A DNA stretch of 64,000 nucleotides from Alphaproteobacteria bacterium (lineage in GTDB: Bacteria; Pseudomonadota; Alphaproteobacteria; UBA828), in NCBI GenBank assembly GCA_965220745.1, contig CBDCQT010000007.1:64001-128000 (forward strand), in the 5' to 3' direction. Below are positions 1-9,739 of this stretch, piece after piece. Position 1 is the stretch's first letter. Every line of letters begins with the position of its first letter. Below the pieces are notes generated by a model that worked only from the letters and a program-made list of their open reading frames with translations, was not told the DNA's origin and did no database searches. The position numbers and the translations under genes were made by a program.

Positions 1-68
1 CCGCGCGCAAGGACAAGGGCGCCGGCAACCATGAGTGCCGCCGCCAGTGACATCGACAATCTAGACAT
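1..68 (-). CDS. 5' end of a secreted/periplasmic protein (runs off the window)
   Basis: The minus strand reads GGAG-N7-ATG, then MSRLSMSLAAALMVAGALVLAR, a signal-peptide-like N-terminus. Not in the ORF track. Confidence 0.6.
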   Translation of the reverse strand, partial: MSRLSMSLAAALMVAGALVLAR

Positions 69-156
69 TGGACTGCTCCCTGTTGCATCGCGCTCATCCA
101 GCGGCGCAATGCTCATTGCGGGAATCCGCCGGTACGGCGAACTCCTCCAAGTCGCG

Positions 157-186
157 ATCATAGTCAGCCCGGATGGGCCGTGGCAA
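157..186 (-). promoter_or_regulatory. putative sigma70 promoter for the leftward gene
   Basis: Minus strand TTGCCA-N18-TATGAT, about 90 bp upstream of the ATG at 68. Confidence 0.4.
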
Positions 187-204
187 TCGATCGTTCTCTA
201 TCGG

Positions 205-233
205 CCTAAAGGACAATCCCGATTGTCTTTAGG
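205..233. promoter_or_regulatory. AT-rich inverted repeat, candidate transcription-factor operator
   Basis: CCTAAAGGACAATC-CC-GATTGTCTTTAGG (one-base bulge), just upstream of the putative -35. Confidence 0.5.
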
Positions 234-426
234 GACAGAAGAGTTAGGCCATTGCCGGCGGGGGCGCGACGCCCCCGGTGCCGGCCGTCAGGGACCGGCG
301 GCGCAGATCATGACCGTGGTGTGATATCCGGGAGAAGGGCAGCGATCCCCGGTTCGGAAACGTATTCAACTATATCAATATGTTACGCGAAATTGGCTTC
401 GTTTTGCAATAAAGCCCGTCGGGGGC

Positions 427-1878
427 TCAAGCCTGGCTGCGCAACTCGCGCTCGGTCTGGGGGGCCGGCATGGGGCCGATACCCTCGGCCACCATCTCCC
501 GCCACTCGCGCTTCTGCGGCATGATCGGCGGCACCGGGATGGTCGTGGGCTCAGGCGTGGCATCCGCGATCGGCTTCTCCATCGCCCGTCCCGTCACCTC
601 GCCCCGGCGGAAGAAGCCGTTGTAGATGCTCCAGTGCAGCCGGTTGCGCGAGCCGGTGAGCGGGAAGCGCTTGGCGATCGAGGGCAGCGAGTAGAAGTTC
701 CGGTAGGCCCGCATGTGGCCTTCGCGGAGCGTCTGGGTGCTGAGCTTCTCGGGCCGGTAGACGATGTGCCCCTGGTCGTAGAGATCCCAGTCGTAGGAGA
801 CGATCTGCCCGGCCTTCTTCATCTCGTACCAGGTGAGCGTGCCGGGATAGGGGGTCAGCACCGAATAGGCGCAGGCGTCGTACTTGGCGTCGATATTGAA
901 GTTCGTCGTCTCGTCGAACACGGTCTCGTCGTCGCCGCCGAAGCCGAACATGAAGAGCCCGAAGACCATGATCCCGTAGCTGTGGATCTTCTCCACCAGC
1001 GCGGCGAACTGCTCCGGCCGGTTGACGTACTTGTGGACCCGCTTGAGCGTTTCGCGCGAGATCGATTCGAAGCCGATGCTCAGCATGTAGCAGCCGCTCT
1101 CGGCCGCGAGCTCGAGCATCTCGTCCTTCTGGGCGAGCTTGCTGGTGGCGGCGGCCTGCCAGCGAATACCGCGCCCTCTGAGCGCCCGCATCACCTCCTT
1201 GGGCCGCTCCTCGGTGCCGAAGAAATCAGCGTCGTTGAGGGAGATCGTGCGCTGCCCGCACATCTCGATCTCGCGGATCACCTCGTCGACCGGCCGGTAG
1301 CGGAACTTGAGCCCGTTCATCAGCGGCTCGGCGCAGAAGGTGCAGCCCTGGTGGCAGCCGCGCGAGGTCTGGACGAAGGTGCGGTTGACGTAGCGGTTCT
1401 TCTTCACCAGGTCGTAGCGGGGAATGGGCACGTCGACCATCGGGTGCAGCGTGTCGGCACGGTAGATGCCCTTGACCTCGCCGCGATCCAGGTCGTCCAG
1501 GAGCTTGGGCATGACCAGCTCGGCCTCGCCAATCACCACGGCGTCGCAGTGCTCAAGCGCCTCCTGCGGCATGAAGCTCGCATGCACGCCGCCTATGACC
1601 ACGGGCACGCCTTTCGCGCGGTAGCGGTCGGCAATCTCGTAGCCGCGCTTGATGTAGCTCGTCATGGCCGAGATGCCGACCATGTCGACCTTCAGGTCGA
1701 AGTCGATGTCCTCAATGTTCTCGTCGGTCATCACGACTTCGTAGCGGTCCTGCGGAATCACCGCCGCCACCGCCAGCAGACCCGCCAGCGGCGAATAGAG
1801 CGCCCGGTTGAAGTACATCGGGCGCGTCGTGAACTGGTTGGTCTGGGGATTGATGAGGTGGATGATTCGAGTGCGCAT
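427..1878 (-). CDS. B12-binding domain radical SAM protein
   Basis: N-terminal cobalamin-binding-like domain (DMVGISAMT...VVIGGVHAS...VVIGEAE); TSRGCHQGCTFC CxxxCxxC motif; LTPYPGT motif. Confidence 0.85.
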   Translation of the reverse strand: MRTRIIHLINPQTNQFTTRPMYFNRALYSPLAGLLAVAAVIPQDRYEVVMTDENIEDIDFDLKVDMVGISAMTSYIKRGYEIADRYRAKGVPVVIGGVHASFMPQEALEHCDAVVIGEAELVMPKLLDDLDRGEVKGIYRADTLHPMVDVPIPRYDLVKKNRYVNRTFVQTSRGCHQGCTFCAEPLMNGLKFRYRPVDEVIREIEMCGQRTISLNDADFFGTEERPKEVMRALRGRGIRWQAAATSKLAQKDEMLELAAESGCYMLSIGFESISRETLKRVHKYVNRPEQFAALVEKIHSYGIMVFGLFMFGFGGDDETVFDETTNFNIDAKYDACAYSVLTPYPGTLTWYEMKKAGQIVSYDWDLYDQGHIVYRPEKLSTQTLREGHMRAYRNFYSLPSIAKRFPLTGSRNRLHWSIYNGFFRRGEVTGRAMEKPIADATPEPTTIPVPPIMPQKREWREMVAEGIGPMPAPQTERELRSQA

Positions 1879-2012
1879 GCGTTCCTCCGCTCGCGCGATT
1901 ATACCGCAGCCCGGCCAGCCTGCCGAGTGGCTATGCGAGTCGTTTTCAACGCCTCCATTCCACCTATGCCGGCCGCAGCGTCAAGGGCCGATAACGTGGC
2001 GGGGAATACAGG

Positions 2013-2720
2013 CTAATGAATCTCCTTCGCCTCGCGCAGGGCCTGCGCCATTACGTCGGCCGAAAACCCCGGCTCCTTGCATGCCGCCAGGATCGGCGCC
2101 TCGCGCCGCATGCAGAGCTCGGCCGCCGCCGGCACCTCGCGCGCCGCCTCATGCGGGATGATGACCGCGCCGTGGCGGTCGGCGTGTACGAGGTCGCCCG
2201 AGTGAGTCACCATGCCGCAGACATCCACCGGCTCGCCGAAGCTGACCAGGTGAACCCAGGCATGAGAAGGAACCACCGTGCCAGAAATGAGCTGGAAGCC
2301 GTCGGCGATCATGTCGAGGTCGCGCACGGCGCCGTCGGTCACGACGCCGAGGCAGCCCAGGGCCTGATGCACGGCGGAATGCACCTCGCCCCACCAGGAC
2401 GCCGCCCCGCGCCGGGAATCGATGTCCTGGATGACCATGATGCCGGGCCGGTGCCCCGCCTCCACGTAGCGGTAGTAGGCCACGCGGTCGGCGGTCATCG
2501 CGTCGCCGTTCTTCGCAGGTTTCTCCATCGAGCGGATGGTAGCGGTGCGCGCGTAGCCCACCATCGGCTGAAGCTCCGGGAAGGCGCAGATCAGCGTCTC
2601 GGTCGTGAAGCCGAAGGTGCGGCGCTCGGGGCAGACGATCTCCAGCGCGTTGCAGATCGTCGGCGTGTCGTAGGCGCGAAGCGCCGCCAACTCGGCTTCG
2701 TTGAGGGGTGTCTCGGTCAC
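2013..2720 (-). CDS. RraA family / HMG-aldolase-like protein
   Basis: DTPTICNA, MVGYARTA, WWGEV, GVVTDGAVRD, GDLVHADRHG motifs. GTG start at 2720 with a GGAGG RBS. Confidence 0.8.
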   Translation of the reverse strand: MTETPLNEAELAALRAYDTPTICNALEIVCPERRTFGFTTETLICAFPELQPMVGYARTATIRSMEKPAKNGDAMTADRVAYYRYVEAGHRPGIMVIQDIDSRRGAASWWGEVHSAVHQALGCLGVVTDGAVRDLDMIADGFQLISGTVVPSHAWVHLVSFGEPVDVCGMVTHSGDLVHADRHGAVIIPHEAAREVPAAAELCMRREAPILAACKEPGFSADVMAQALREAKEIH

Positions 2721-2814
2721 CGGGGGTCCTCCCTGTTGATGGCGCCGGATATTCGCCGATGGAGGGCGCCAGGCGCAAATCCCGTGCCGCCGGCGCCGCT
2801 TACCGCCGCCTGAC

Positions 2815-3957
2815 ATGCCGATCGCGCTCTACACGCCCGCCGCTCGTCCCGATCCCGCTGCACCGTGGGGCGGGCCGCGGCTGATGCGCCTCGTGGCACG
2901 AGCGCTGGAGGCCGCCGGCTACCACACCATCGCGCCCACCGAGTTTTGGAGCGACGAGGCTCTCGAGGACAACCGCCACCAGGCGGCGCTCGAACGAAAG
3001 GCCGCCAGGCGGGCGCGCAAGCTCGTCACCGCCTACCGCGATTTTCCGGCCGTCGCCCGGCCCGAGGCGTGGCTCACCTGCGACCTCCGCCACACGGCGC
3101 CGGACCTGATCGGCCCCGCCGTGGCGGAGGCGCTCGACATCCCCTACCTGCTGGTGGGCGCTGCCTACGCGCGGGCGGAGGCGGGCGGCGCGCGGGCGCG
3201 CTGGCTCTCGTACACGGCCCGCGCCATCGCGCGAGCACGGGCGGTGCTCTCGCTCACCGCCGAGGACGAGGAGAGCATCCGGGCGCTGGTGCCGAACACC
3301 GCGCGGCTCTACAGGCTGGCGCCCTTCCTCGACCTCGCGCCCTACCGGGCGGTGGACCGCGACGCGGCCCGCCGCGCGCTGGCGGACACGCTGTCGCTCG
3401 ACCCCGCGCGCCCGTGGCTTCTGGCGGTCGCCCCAATGCAGACCGGCGCCGCACTGGCCTCCTGGCGGCTGCTGGGGCGTTCGCTCAACCTGATCGCGGA
3501 CCCGCCCTGGCAGCTTCTCGTCGTCGGCGAGGGCGAGGCGCGTTGGCTGGTGGAGGAGGCGATGGCGCCGCTCGGGCCGGGTCTTGCGGTCTTCGCCGGT
3601 GCGCGCGCGGATGACGAGCTCCCGGCGGTCTACGCCGCCTGCGACCTCTACGTCTGGCCCGCCTACCAGGAGACCTTCGGCATGGCGATGCTGGAGGCGC
3701 AGGCGGCCGGCCTCGCCGTCGTGGCGCAAGACTGGCCCGGCGCTGCCGCGGTCGTCGCCAATGGCGAGACAGGGCTGCTCACGCCGCGCCAGGACGACGT
3801 GGCCTTCGCCGGCGCGGTGGTCGAGCTTTGTGCCGACGAAGAGAGGCGCTGGGCGATGGGCGAGGCTGCAGCGGCACGGGCGCAGAAGCAGCACGGGATC
3901 GAGAGCGCCGCGGCGACGCTGCAACGCGCCCTCGACGCCGCGCTCACCGACGCCTGA
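2815..3957 (+). CDS. glycosyltransferase family 4 (GT-B)
   Basis: DLYVWPAYQETFGMAMLEAQAAGLAVV C-terminal GT4 signature. Confidence 0.85.
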   Translation: MPIALYTPAARPDPAAPWGGPRLMRLVARALEAAGYHTIAPTEFWSDEALEDNRHQAALERKAARRARKLVTAYRDFPAVARPEAWLTCDLRHTAPDLIGPAVAEALDIPYLLVGAAYARAEAGGARARWLSYTARAIARARAVLSLTAEDEESIRALVPNTARLYRLAPFLDLAPYRAVDRDAARRALADTLSLDPARPWLLAVAPMQTGAALASWRLLGRSLNLIADPPWQLLVVGEGEARWLVEEAMAPLGPGLAVFAGARADDELPAVYAACDLYVWPAYQETFGMAMLEAQAAGLAVVAQDWPGAAAVVANGETGLLTPRQDDVAFAGAVVELCADEERRWAMGEAAAARAQKQHGIESAAATLQRALDAALTDA

Positions 3958-4019
3958 TCCACGGATAGAAATCCGGGTTAATCCAAAGCCGGCTCCGGGC
4001 TACAAGGGGGCCGTCTGAG

Positions 4020-5681
4020 ATGACGGGCCATGAGCGAGCGACGGCGGTGGAACACCCGATGGCGTCACACAGCGATCCGCGCGTCCCGGCAGCGGACAGG
4101 TGCGTGCTGCGCTACCTGCTCGACCGGCTGGCGGCGGCGACGCCGGACAAGGTCTTCTGCGTCTTCGAGGACGGCGCTGAGTGGAGTTACGCGCGCACCC
4201 GCGCAGAGGTGATCGAGACCGCCATCGCCCTGCAGGCTTTGGGTGTGCGCCAGGGCGACCACGTGCTCTCGTGGCTGCCCAACGGCGCCGATGCGCTCCG
4301 CATCTTCTTGGGCTCGAACTATCTGGGCGCCGTCTACGTGCCCATCAACACCGCCTACAAGGGCCGGCTGCTGGAGCACGTGGTGGCGCGCTCCGACGCC
4401 CGCCTCATGGTCGCCCACGCGGAGCTCGCACCGAGACTCGCCTCTATCGGCCGGGCGAGCCTGGAGACCCTGGTGGCCGTCGGCGGCCCGCCGCCCGCCA
4501 TCGACGGCCTCGCCGTTTTAGACGAGGCCGCGCTTCACCCTGAGGGCGGGTCGCTCGCCCCGCTGGAGCGCCCCATCGAGCCGTGGGACACGCAGTCGAT
4601 CATCTTTACTTCTGGCACCACGGGCCCGTCGAAGGCGGTGCTCAGCTCCTACTGCCACGCCTTCTCGAATTTCGGGCCCGACATCTGGCAGTTCATCACG
4701 CCGGAGGACCGCTACCTCATCAGCCTGCCGCTCTTCCACCTGGGCGGCGCGACCATCGCCTACGGCATGCTCTGCCAGCACGCCTCGATCACGCTGGTGG
4801 AGTACTTCAAGACGCAGTCGTTTTGGGACACCGTGCGCCGCACCGGCGTCACCTCGGTGTTCCTGCTCGGCGTCATGGCGCAGTTCCTGGAGAAGGAGCC
4901 GCCCAAGGCGGATGACCGCGACCACCCCTTGCGCACCGTCGGCATGGTGCCGCTGGTGAACGATGTCGACGCGTTCATGGAGCGCTTCGGCCTGGAGGTC
5001 TATTCGATCTACAACATGACCGAGCTCTGCTGCCCGGTGATGACGACCGTGCCCATGACCGTGCCGGGGAGCGCCGGGCGCGTGCGGCCGGGCTGCGAGC
5101 TTCGTGTGGTCGATGCCAACGATTGCGAGGTGCCGACCGGCGCGGTCGGCGAGATCGTGGTGCGGGCGGATACGCCCTGGGCCATCAACCATGGCTACTA
5201 CAAGGAGCCGGAGGCGACCGCACGGGCCTGGCGCAACGGCTGGTTCCACACCGGCGACGCCGGTCGCGTGGACGAGGACGGCAACCTCTACTTCGTCGAC
5301 CGGCTGAAGGACACGATCCGCCGGCGCGGTGAGAACATCTCGTCCCTGGAGGTGGAGACCGAGGTCGCTGCCCATCCGGCGGTGCGCGAGGCCGCCGTGG
5401 TTCCGGTGCCGAGCGAGCTCGGCGAGGACGAGGTCATGGCGGTGGTCGCGCTCCAGCCGGGGCAGGAACTCGACCCGGCGGCGCTTCTGGAGTTCCTGGA
5501 GCCGCGCCTCGCCCACTTCATGATTCCCCGCTACGTGCGCATCGTCGACGCCCTGCCCAAGACGCCGACCGAGAAGATCGAGAAGCACAGGCTGCGCACG
5601 GAGGGCATCACCGCGGACAGCTGGGACCGCGAGGCCGCAGGCGTGCGCATCAGGCGCGAGCGGCTCGGGGCTTCCCGATGA
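4020..5681 (+). CDS. AMP-dependent acyl-CoA ligase (CaiC / crotonobetaine-CoA ligase-like)
   Basis: IFTSGTTGPSK, YNMTE, WFHTGD, RRRGENISSLEVE, PKTPTEKI. Confidence 0.88.
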   Translation: MTGHERATAVEHPMASHSDPRVPAADRCVLRYLLDRLAAATPDKVFCVFEDGAEWSYARTRAEVIETAIALQALGVRQGDHVLSWLPNGADALRIFLGSNYLGAVYVPINTAYKGRLLEHVVARSDARLMVAHAELAPRLASIGRASLETLVAVGGPPPAIDGLAVLDEAALHPEGGSLAPLERPIEPWDTQSIIFTSGTTGPSKAVLSSYCHAFSNFGPDIWQFITPEDRYLISLPLFHLGGATIAYGMLCQHASITLVEYFKTQSFWDTVRRTGVTSVFLLGVMAQFLEKEPPKADDRDHPLRTVGMVPLVNDVDAFMERFGLEVYSIYNMTELCCPVMTTVPMTVPGSAGRVRPGCELRVVDANDCEVPTGAVGEIVVRADTPWAINHGYYKEPEATARAWRNGWFHTGDAGRVDEDGNLYFVDRLKDTIRRRGENISSLEVETEVAAHPAVREAAVVPVPSELGEDEVMAVVALQPGQELDPAALLEFLEPRLAHFMIPRYVRIVDALPKTPTEKIEKHRLRTEGITADSWDREAAGVRIRRERLGASR

Positions 5682-6241
5682 GCGCGCCCGTCCACGAGGC
5701 CCTGCCCGAGAGCGCATCCGAGAGCGCCGAGGCGGCGGAGGCCGGCGAGAGCCGCCACCGCTACCCGCCGCGCGCGGTCCTGCTCGACTATCTCTATTCC
5801 GGGCTCGGCCTGCTCTTCACCCTCGGACCACTGGGGTTGGCGGCGTCTGGCGGTCCTGCTGCCTGGGTGCTCGGCGCACTCGCGGCGCTCTTCGCTGTCT
5901 ACGGTGTCCGCACGATGCTCAGGCACAGGACGTGGCTCGGCGTGAGCGAGGACGGCATCACCGTGCACGGCCTCCTGCCCCGGCACCTGCCCTGGGAGCA
6001 GCTGACCCGCTGCACCCTCGGCTACTATTCCACCAGGCGGAAGCGCGATCGCGGCTGGATGCAGCTTACGCTCAAGGCCGGGCGCCGGAGCCTCCGGATC
6101 GATTCTCAGATCGAAGGGTTCAACACGATCGTCCGCCGCGCCGCCCACGCGGCCACCGCGCGCGGCATCGCCCTCGACCACACCACGCGGGAGAACCTCC
6201 GCGCGCTGGAGATCATCGCCGGCGGCGAGGACCACACCTAG
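5678..6241 (+). CDS. hypothetical membrane protein (two TM helices plus a PH-like soluble domain)
   Basis: ATGA overlap with the upstream ligase; two hydrophobic segments; typical codon bias. Confidence 0.65.
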   Translation: MSAPVHEALPESASESAEAAEAGESRHRYPPRAVLLDYLYSGLGLLFTLGPLGLAASGGPAAWVLGALAALFAVYGVRTMLRHRTWLGVSEDGITVHGLLPRHLPWEQLTRCTLGYYSTRRKRDRGWMQLTLKAGRRSLRIDSQIEGFNTIVRRAAHAATARGIALDHTTRENLRALEIIAGGEDHT

Positions 6242-6250
6242 GTATCACCC

Positions 6251-7495
6251 ATGCAACAGCAAAGATCCGGCCCGCTCGCGGGCCTCAAGGTGCTCGACCT
6301 CAGCCGCATCCTCGCGGGCCCCTGGGCGGGCCAATTGCTGGCTGACTTCGGCGCCGACGTGGTCAAGGTCGAGCGGCCTCTCGTCGGCGACGACACGCGC
6401 GCCTGGGGGCCGCCCTTCCTGCGCGACGCGTCCGGGGCCGAGACCACCAACAACGCCGCCTACTACATGTCGGCCAACCGGGGGAAGCGCTCGATCACCC
6501 TCGACTTCGCCGCGCCCGAGGGGCAGGCGGTGGTGAGGCGGCTTGTCGAGTGCGCGGATGTCCTGATCGAGAACTACAAGGTCGGCGGGCTCGCCAAATT
6601 CGGCCTCGACTATGCCGCGCTCAGCGAAGTCAATCCACGCCTGATCTACTGCTCGATCACCGGCTTCGGCCAGTCGGGGCCCTACGCGCACCGCACCGGC
6701 TACGACCTGATCGCCCAGGCCATGGGCGGCATCATGAGCATCACCGGCGAGCGCGACGACCTGCCCGGCGGCGGGCCGCAGAAGGTGGGCGTCGCCGCCG
6801 CCGACCTGATGACCGGCATGTACGCGGCGACCGCGATCCTCGCCGCGCTCGCGAGCCGCGAGCACAGCGGGCGTGGCCAGCACATCGACCTCGCCCTGCT
6901 CGACACCCAGGTGGCCTGGCTCGCCAACCAGGCCATGAACTACCTGATCGGGGGCGAGGCACCGGCCCGCGCCGGCAACGAGCATCAGAACATGGTGCCT
7001 TACGGCGTCTTCGAGACCCGCGACGGGCATTTCGCGCTCGCCATCGGCAACAACAGCCAGCTTCGCAAGTTCTGCGACGTGGCCGGCCACCCGGAACTTC
7101 CCGACGACCCGCGCTTCGCGACCAATGTCGATCGGCTGCGCAACCGCGTGGAGCTGATCGCCACGTTGAACGGCATCACCCGGCAGCGGACGCTCGACGA
7201 GTGGAGCGCCCTGCTGGAGCCGGTGGGCGTGCCCTGCGGGCCGATCAACAGCATCGACCGGGTCTTCGCCGACCCGCACGTTCAGGCGCGGGGCATGAGG
7301 GTGAGCGTGCCCCACAGCCTCGGCGTCGAGGTGGAGTACCCGGCCAACCCGATCAAATTCTCGGAGACGCCGGTGGATTATCCGCGCGCGGCTCCGATGC
7401 TGGGCGAGGACTGCGACACGGTCCTGCGCGACTGGCTCGACCTCGACGACGCGGCAGTCGCGGCGCTACGCGAGAGCGGCACCGGCCTCGACTGA
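6251..7495 (+). CDS. CaiB/BaiF family CoA transferase (family III)
   Basis: PLAGLKVLDLSRILAGP, GADVVKVE, NRGKRS, YCSITGFGQSGP. Confidence 0.92.
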   Translation: MQQQRSGPLAGLKVLDLSRILAGPWAGQLLADFGADVVKVERPLVGDDTRAWGPPFLRDASGAETTNNAAYYMSANRGKRSITLDFAAPEGQAVVRRLVECADVLIENYKVGGLAKFGLDYAALSEVNPRLIYCSITGFGQSGPYAHRTGYDLIAQAMGGIMSITGERDDLPGGGPQKVGVAAADLMTGMYAATAILAALASREHSGRGQHIDLALLDTQVAWLANQAMNYLIGGEAPARAGNEHQNMVPYGVFETRDGHFALAIGNNSQLRKFCDVAGHPELPDDPRFATNVDRLRNRVELIATLNGITRQRTLDEWSALLEPVGVPCGPINSIDRVFADPHVQARGMRVSVPHSLGVEVEYPANPIKFSETPVDYPRAAPMLGEDCDTVLRDWLDLDDAAVAALRESGTGLD

Positions 7496-7504
7496 GGTGC
7501 GCGC

Positions 7505-8161
7505 TCAGCCTGCGCCCAGCACGTCGCGCAGGAAGCGCCCGCCGAACTCCAGCCCGTCCGGCGCGATGCCGTGGCCGATCCCGCGGCTCACGTGCCATTG
7601 CACCGGCACCTCGCAGGCGCCGAGCATGGTCGCCGCCTCAAAGAGCGCGCCCACCGGCACGAGATCGTCCGCGTCGCCGTGAATCAGCAAGGCCGGCGGC
7701 CTGGCACGCAGCTCGCCCTTCAGGTGCTCGCCGCCCACCAGCCGCCCCGAGAAGCCGAGCACGCCAGCACAGGGCGCGGCCCGGCGGTAAGCGACGTGGA
7801 GCGACATCATCGTGCCCTGGCTGAAGCCCACCAGCGCGAGGTCCTGCTCGCCGAGCCCGAGCGCCGCGAGCCTGGCGTCGATATCGGCGTTGAGCGCGTC
7901 CGCCGCGCTGGCGACGCCCTCGGCCACGCGCTCGGACGAGCGGTCGCTAAGGCTGAACCACTGCCGCCCCATGGGCGCCATGTCGCAGGGCTCGGGCGCG
8001 TCCGGCGCGGCGAAACAGGCGTGCGGCACGAGCCGCCCCCAGGGCTCGGCAAGGCCGATCAGGTCGTTGCCGTCGGCGCCGAGGCCGTGCAGCAGGAGCA
8101 CCAGCTTGCGCGGCTGGCCACCGCCCGCCGGCGGCCGTTCCGGTCCCTTCAAGGCGCTCAC
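7505..8161 (-). CDS. phospholipase/carboxylesterase (alpha/beta hydrolase)
   Basis: LLHGLGADG, GFSQG nucleophile motif, HGDADDLVP, GHGI. Confidence 0.88.
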   Translation of the reverse strand: MSALKGPERPPAGGGQPRKLVLLLHGLGADGNDLIGLAEPWGRLVPHACFAAPDAPEPCDMAPMGRQWFSLSDRSSERVAEGVASAADALNADIDARLAALGLGEQDLALVGFSQGTMMSLHVAYRRAAPCAGVLGFSGRLVGGEHLKGELRARPPALLIHGDADDLVPVGALFEAATMLGACEVPVQWHVSRGIGHGIAPDGLEFGGRFLRDVLGAG

Positions 8162-8248
8162 GCTCTCTCCCCGTTGCCCGTCGTAGAAGGCGCGCTTAGG
8201 GGCCTGTCCAGAGGGGGCTCGGGTGAGGAGGGGCGGCCTCGTAACCCG

Positions 8249-9739
8249 CTACTTATCGATGTCGCCCATGCACATGTACTTGACCTCGAGGAACTCATCG
8301 AGGCCGTAGTGCGAGCCTTCGCGGCCGATGCCGGATTCCTTCATGCCCCCGAAGGGCGCCACCTCGGTCGAGATGATCCCTGTGTTGATGCCGACGATGC
8401 CGTATTCGAGTTGCTCCGCCACCCGCCAAATGCGCCCGATGTCGCGGCTGTAGAAGTAGGCCGCGAGGCCGAACTCGGTGTCGTTGGCGAGCTGCACCGC
8501 CTCGTCGTCGGTCTCGAAGCGGAAGATCGGCGCCAGCGGGCCGAAGGTCTCCTCGCGCGCGACCTTCATCTGGGTGTTCACGTTGGCGATCACGGTGGGC
8601 TCGAAGAAATTGCCGCCGAGCGGGTGGCGCTTGCCGCCCTGGATCACCTCCGCCCCCTTGTCCACCGCGTCCTGGATGTGCTCCTCGACCTTGGCGACCG
8701 CGTCCTCGTCGATCAGCGGCCCCTGCTGGGTCTCGCCTTCGAGGCCGGGGCCGACGACGAGCTGGGAAGACGCTTCGGCCAGCCGCTCGGCGAAGGTGTC
8801 GTAAACCCCGCCCTGCACCAAGAAGCGGTTGGCGCAGACGCAGGTTTGGCCCGTGTTGCGGTACTTGGACGCGATGGCGCCGCTGACGGCCGAATCCATG
8901 TCGGCATCGTCGAAGACGATGAAGGGCGCGTTGCCGCCAAGCTCCATGGAGACCTTCTTGACCGTGCTCGCACACTGCTCGAGTAGGACCTTGCCCACCT
9001 CGGTCGAGCCGGTGAAGGAGAGCTTGCGCACGATGGGGTTGGCGGTCAACTCGCCGCCGACATCGCCCGAGGGGCCGGTGATCACGTTGAACACGCCGCG
9101 CGGGATGCCGGCGCGCTCAGCCAGCTCGCAGAGCGCCAGCGCGGAGAACGGCGTCGCCGTCGCCGGCCGCGAGACCACGGTGCAGCCGGCCGCGAGCGCG
9201 GGCCCGGCCTTGCGGGTAATCATGGCGTTCGGGAAGTTCCACGGCGTAATCATGCCGACCACGCCAACCGGCTCCTTCGTGACCACGATCCGCCGGTCGT
9301 TGAGATGCTGTGGGATGACATCGCCGTAGGCGCGCTTGCCCTCCTCAGCGAACCACTCGATGAAGGAGCCGCCGTAGCCGATCTCGCCCCGCGATTCCGC
9401 CATGGGCTTGCCCTGCTCGGCGGTCATGATGATGGCGAGGTCCTCCTGGTTCGCCATCATCAGGTCGTACCACTTGCGCAGAATTTGGGCGCGCTCCTTC
9501 GCGGTCTTCGCGCGCCAGGCGGGGAAGGCCCGGTTCGCGGCCTCGATGGCGGCCCGGGTCTCGGCGGCGGAGAACGCCGGCACGGTGCCGATCACCCGGC
9601 CGTCCGCCGGGTTCACCACGTCGGTGGTCCGCCCCGACTTCGCGTCGAGCCATTGGCCGTCCACGTAGCATTGCTGGCGAAACAGCGTCGGGTCCTGGAG
9701 GAAGACGCCCTTCACGATCTCGGCGGCGGCAGTGCTCAT
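8249..9739 (-). CDS. gabD: NAD(P)-dependent succinate-semialdehyde dehydrogenase
   Basis: ITPWNFPNAMITRK, FTGSTEVG, MELGGNAPF, RNTGQTCVCANR, EETFGP, GREGSHYG. Confidence 0.92.
   Translation of the reverse strand: MSTAAAEIVKGVFLQDPTLFRQQCYVDGQWLDAKSGRTTDVVNPADGRVIGTVPAFSAAETRAAIEAANRAFPAWRAKTAKERAQILRKWYDLMMANQEDLAIIMTAEQGKPMAESRGEIGYGGSFIEWFAEEGKRAYGDVIPQHLNDRRIVVTKEPVGVVGMITPWNFPNAMITRKAGPALAAGCTVVSRPATATPFSALALCELAERAGIPRGVFNVITGPSGDVGGELTANPIVRKLSFTGSTEVGKVLLEQCASTVKKVSMELGGNAPFIVFDDADMDSAVSGAIASKYRNTGQTCVCANRFLVQGGVYDTFAERLAEASSQLVVGPGLEGETQQGPLIDEDAVAKVEEHIQDAVDKGAEVIQGGKRHPLGGNFFEPTVIANVNTQMKVAREETFGPLAPIFRFETDDEAVQLANDTEFGLAAYFYSRDIGRIWRVAEQLEYGIVGINTGIISTEVAPFGGMKESGIGREGSHYGLDEFLEVKYMCMGDIDK

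Noticed and set aside
394-408. TGGCTTCGTTTTGCA as a sigma54 promoter
   Set aside because: The GG-to-GC spacing is one base short of the invariant -24/-12 geometry, and no plus-strand gene follows.
427-1878. Radical SAM gene as the ArsS partner of the GT2/DUF2064 pair
   Set aside because: It has an N-terminal B12-binding domain unlike ArsS and lies 24 kb away.
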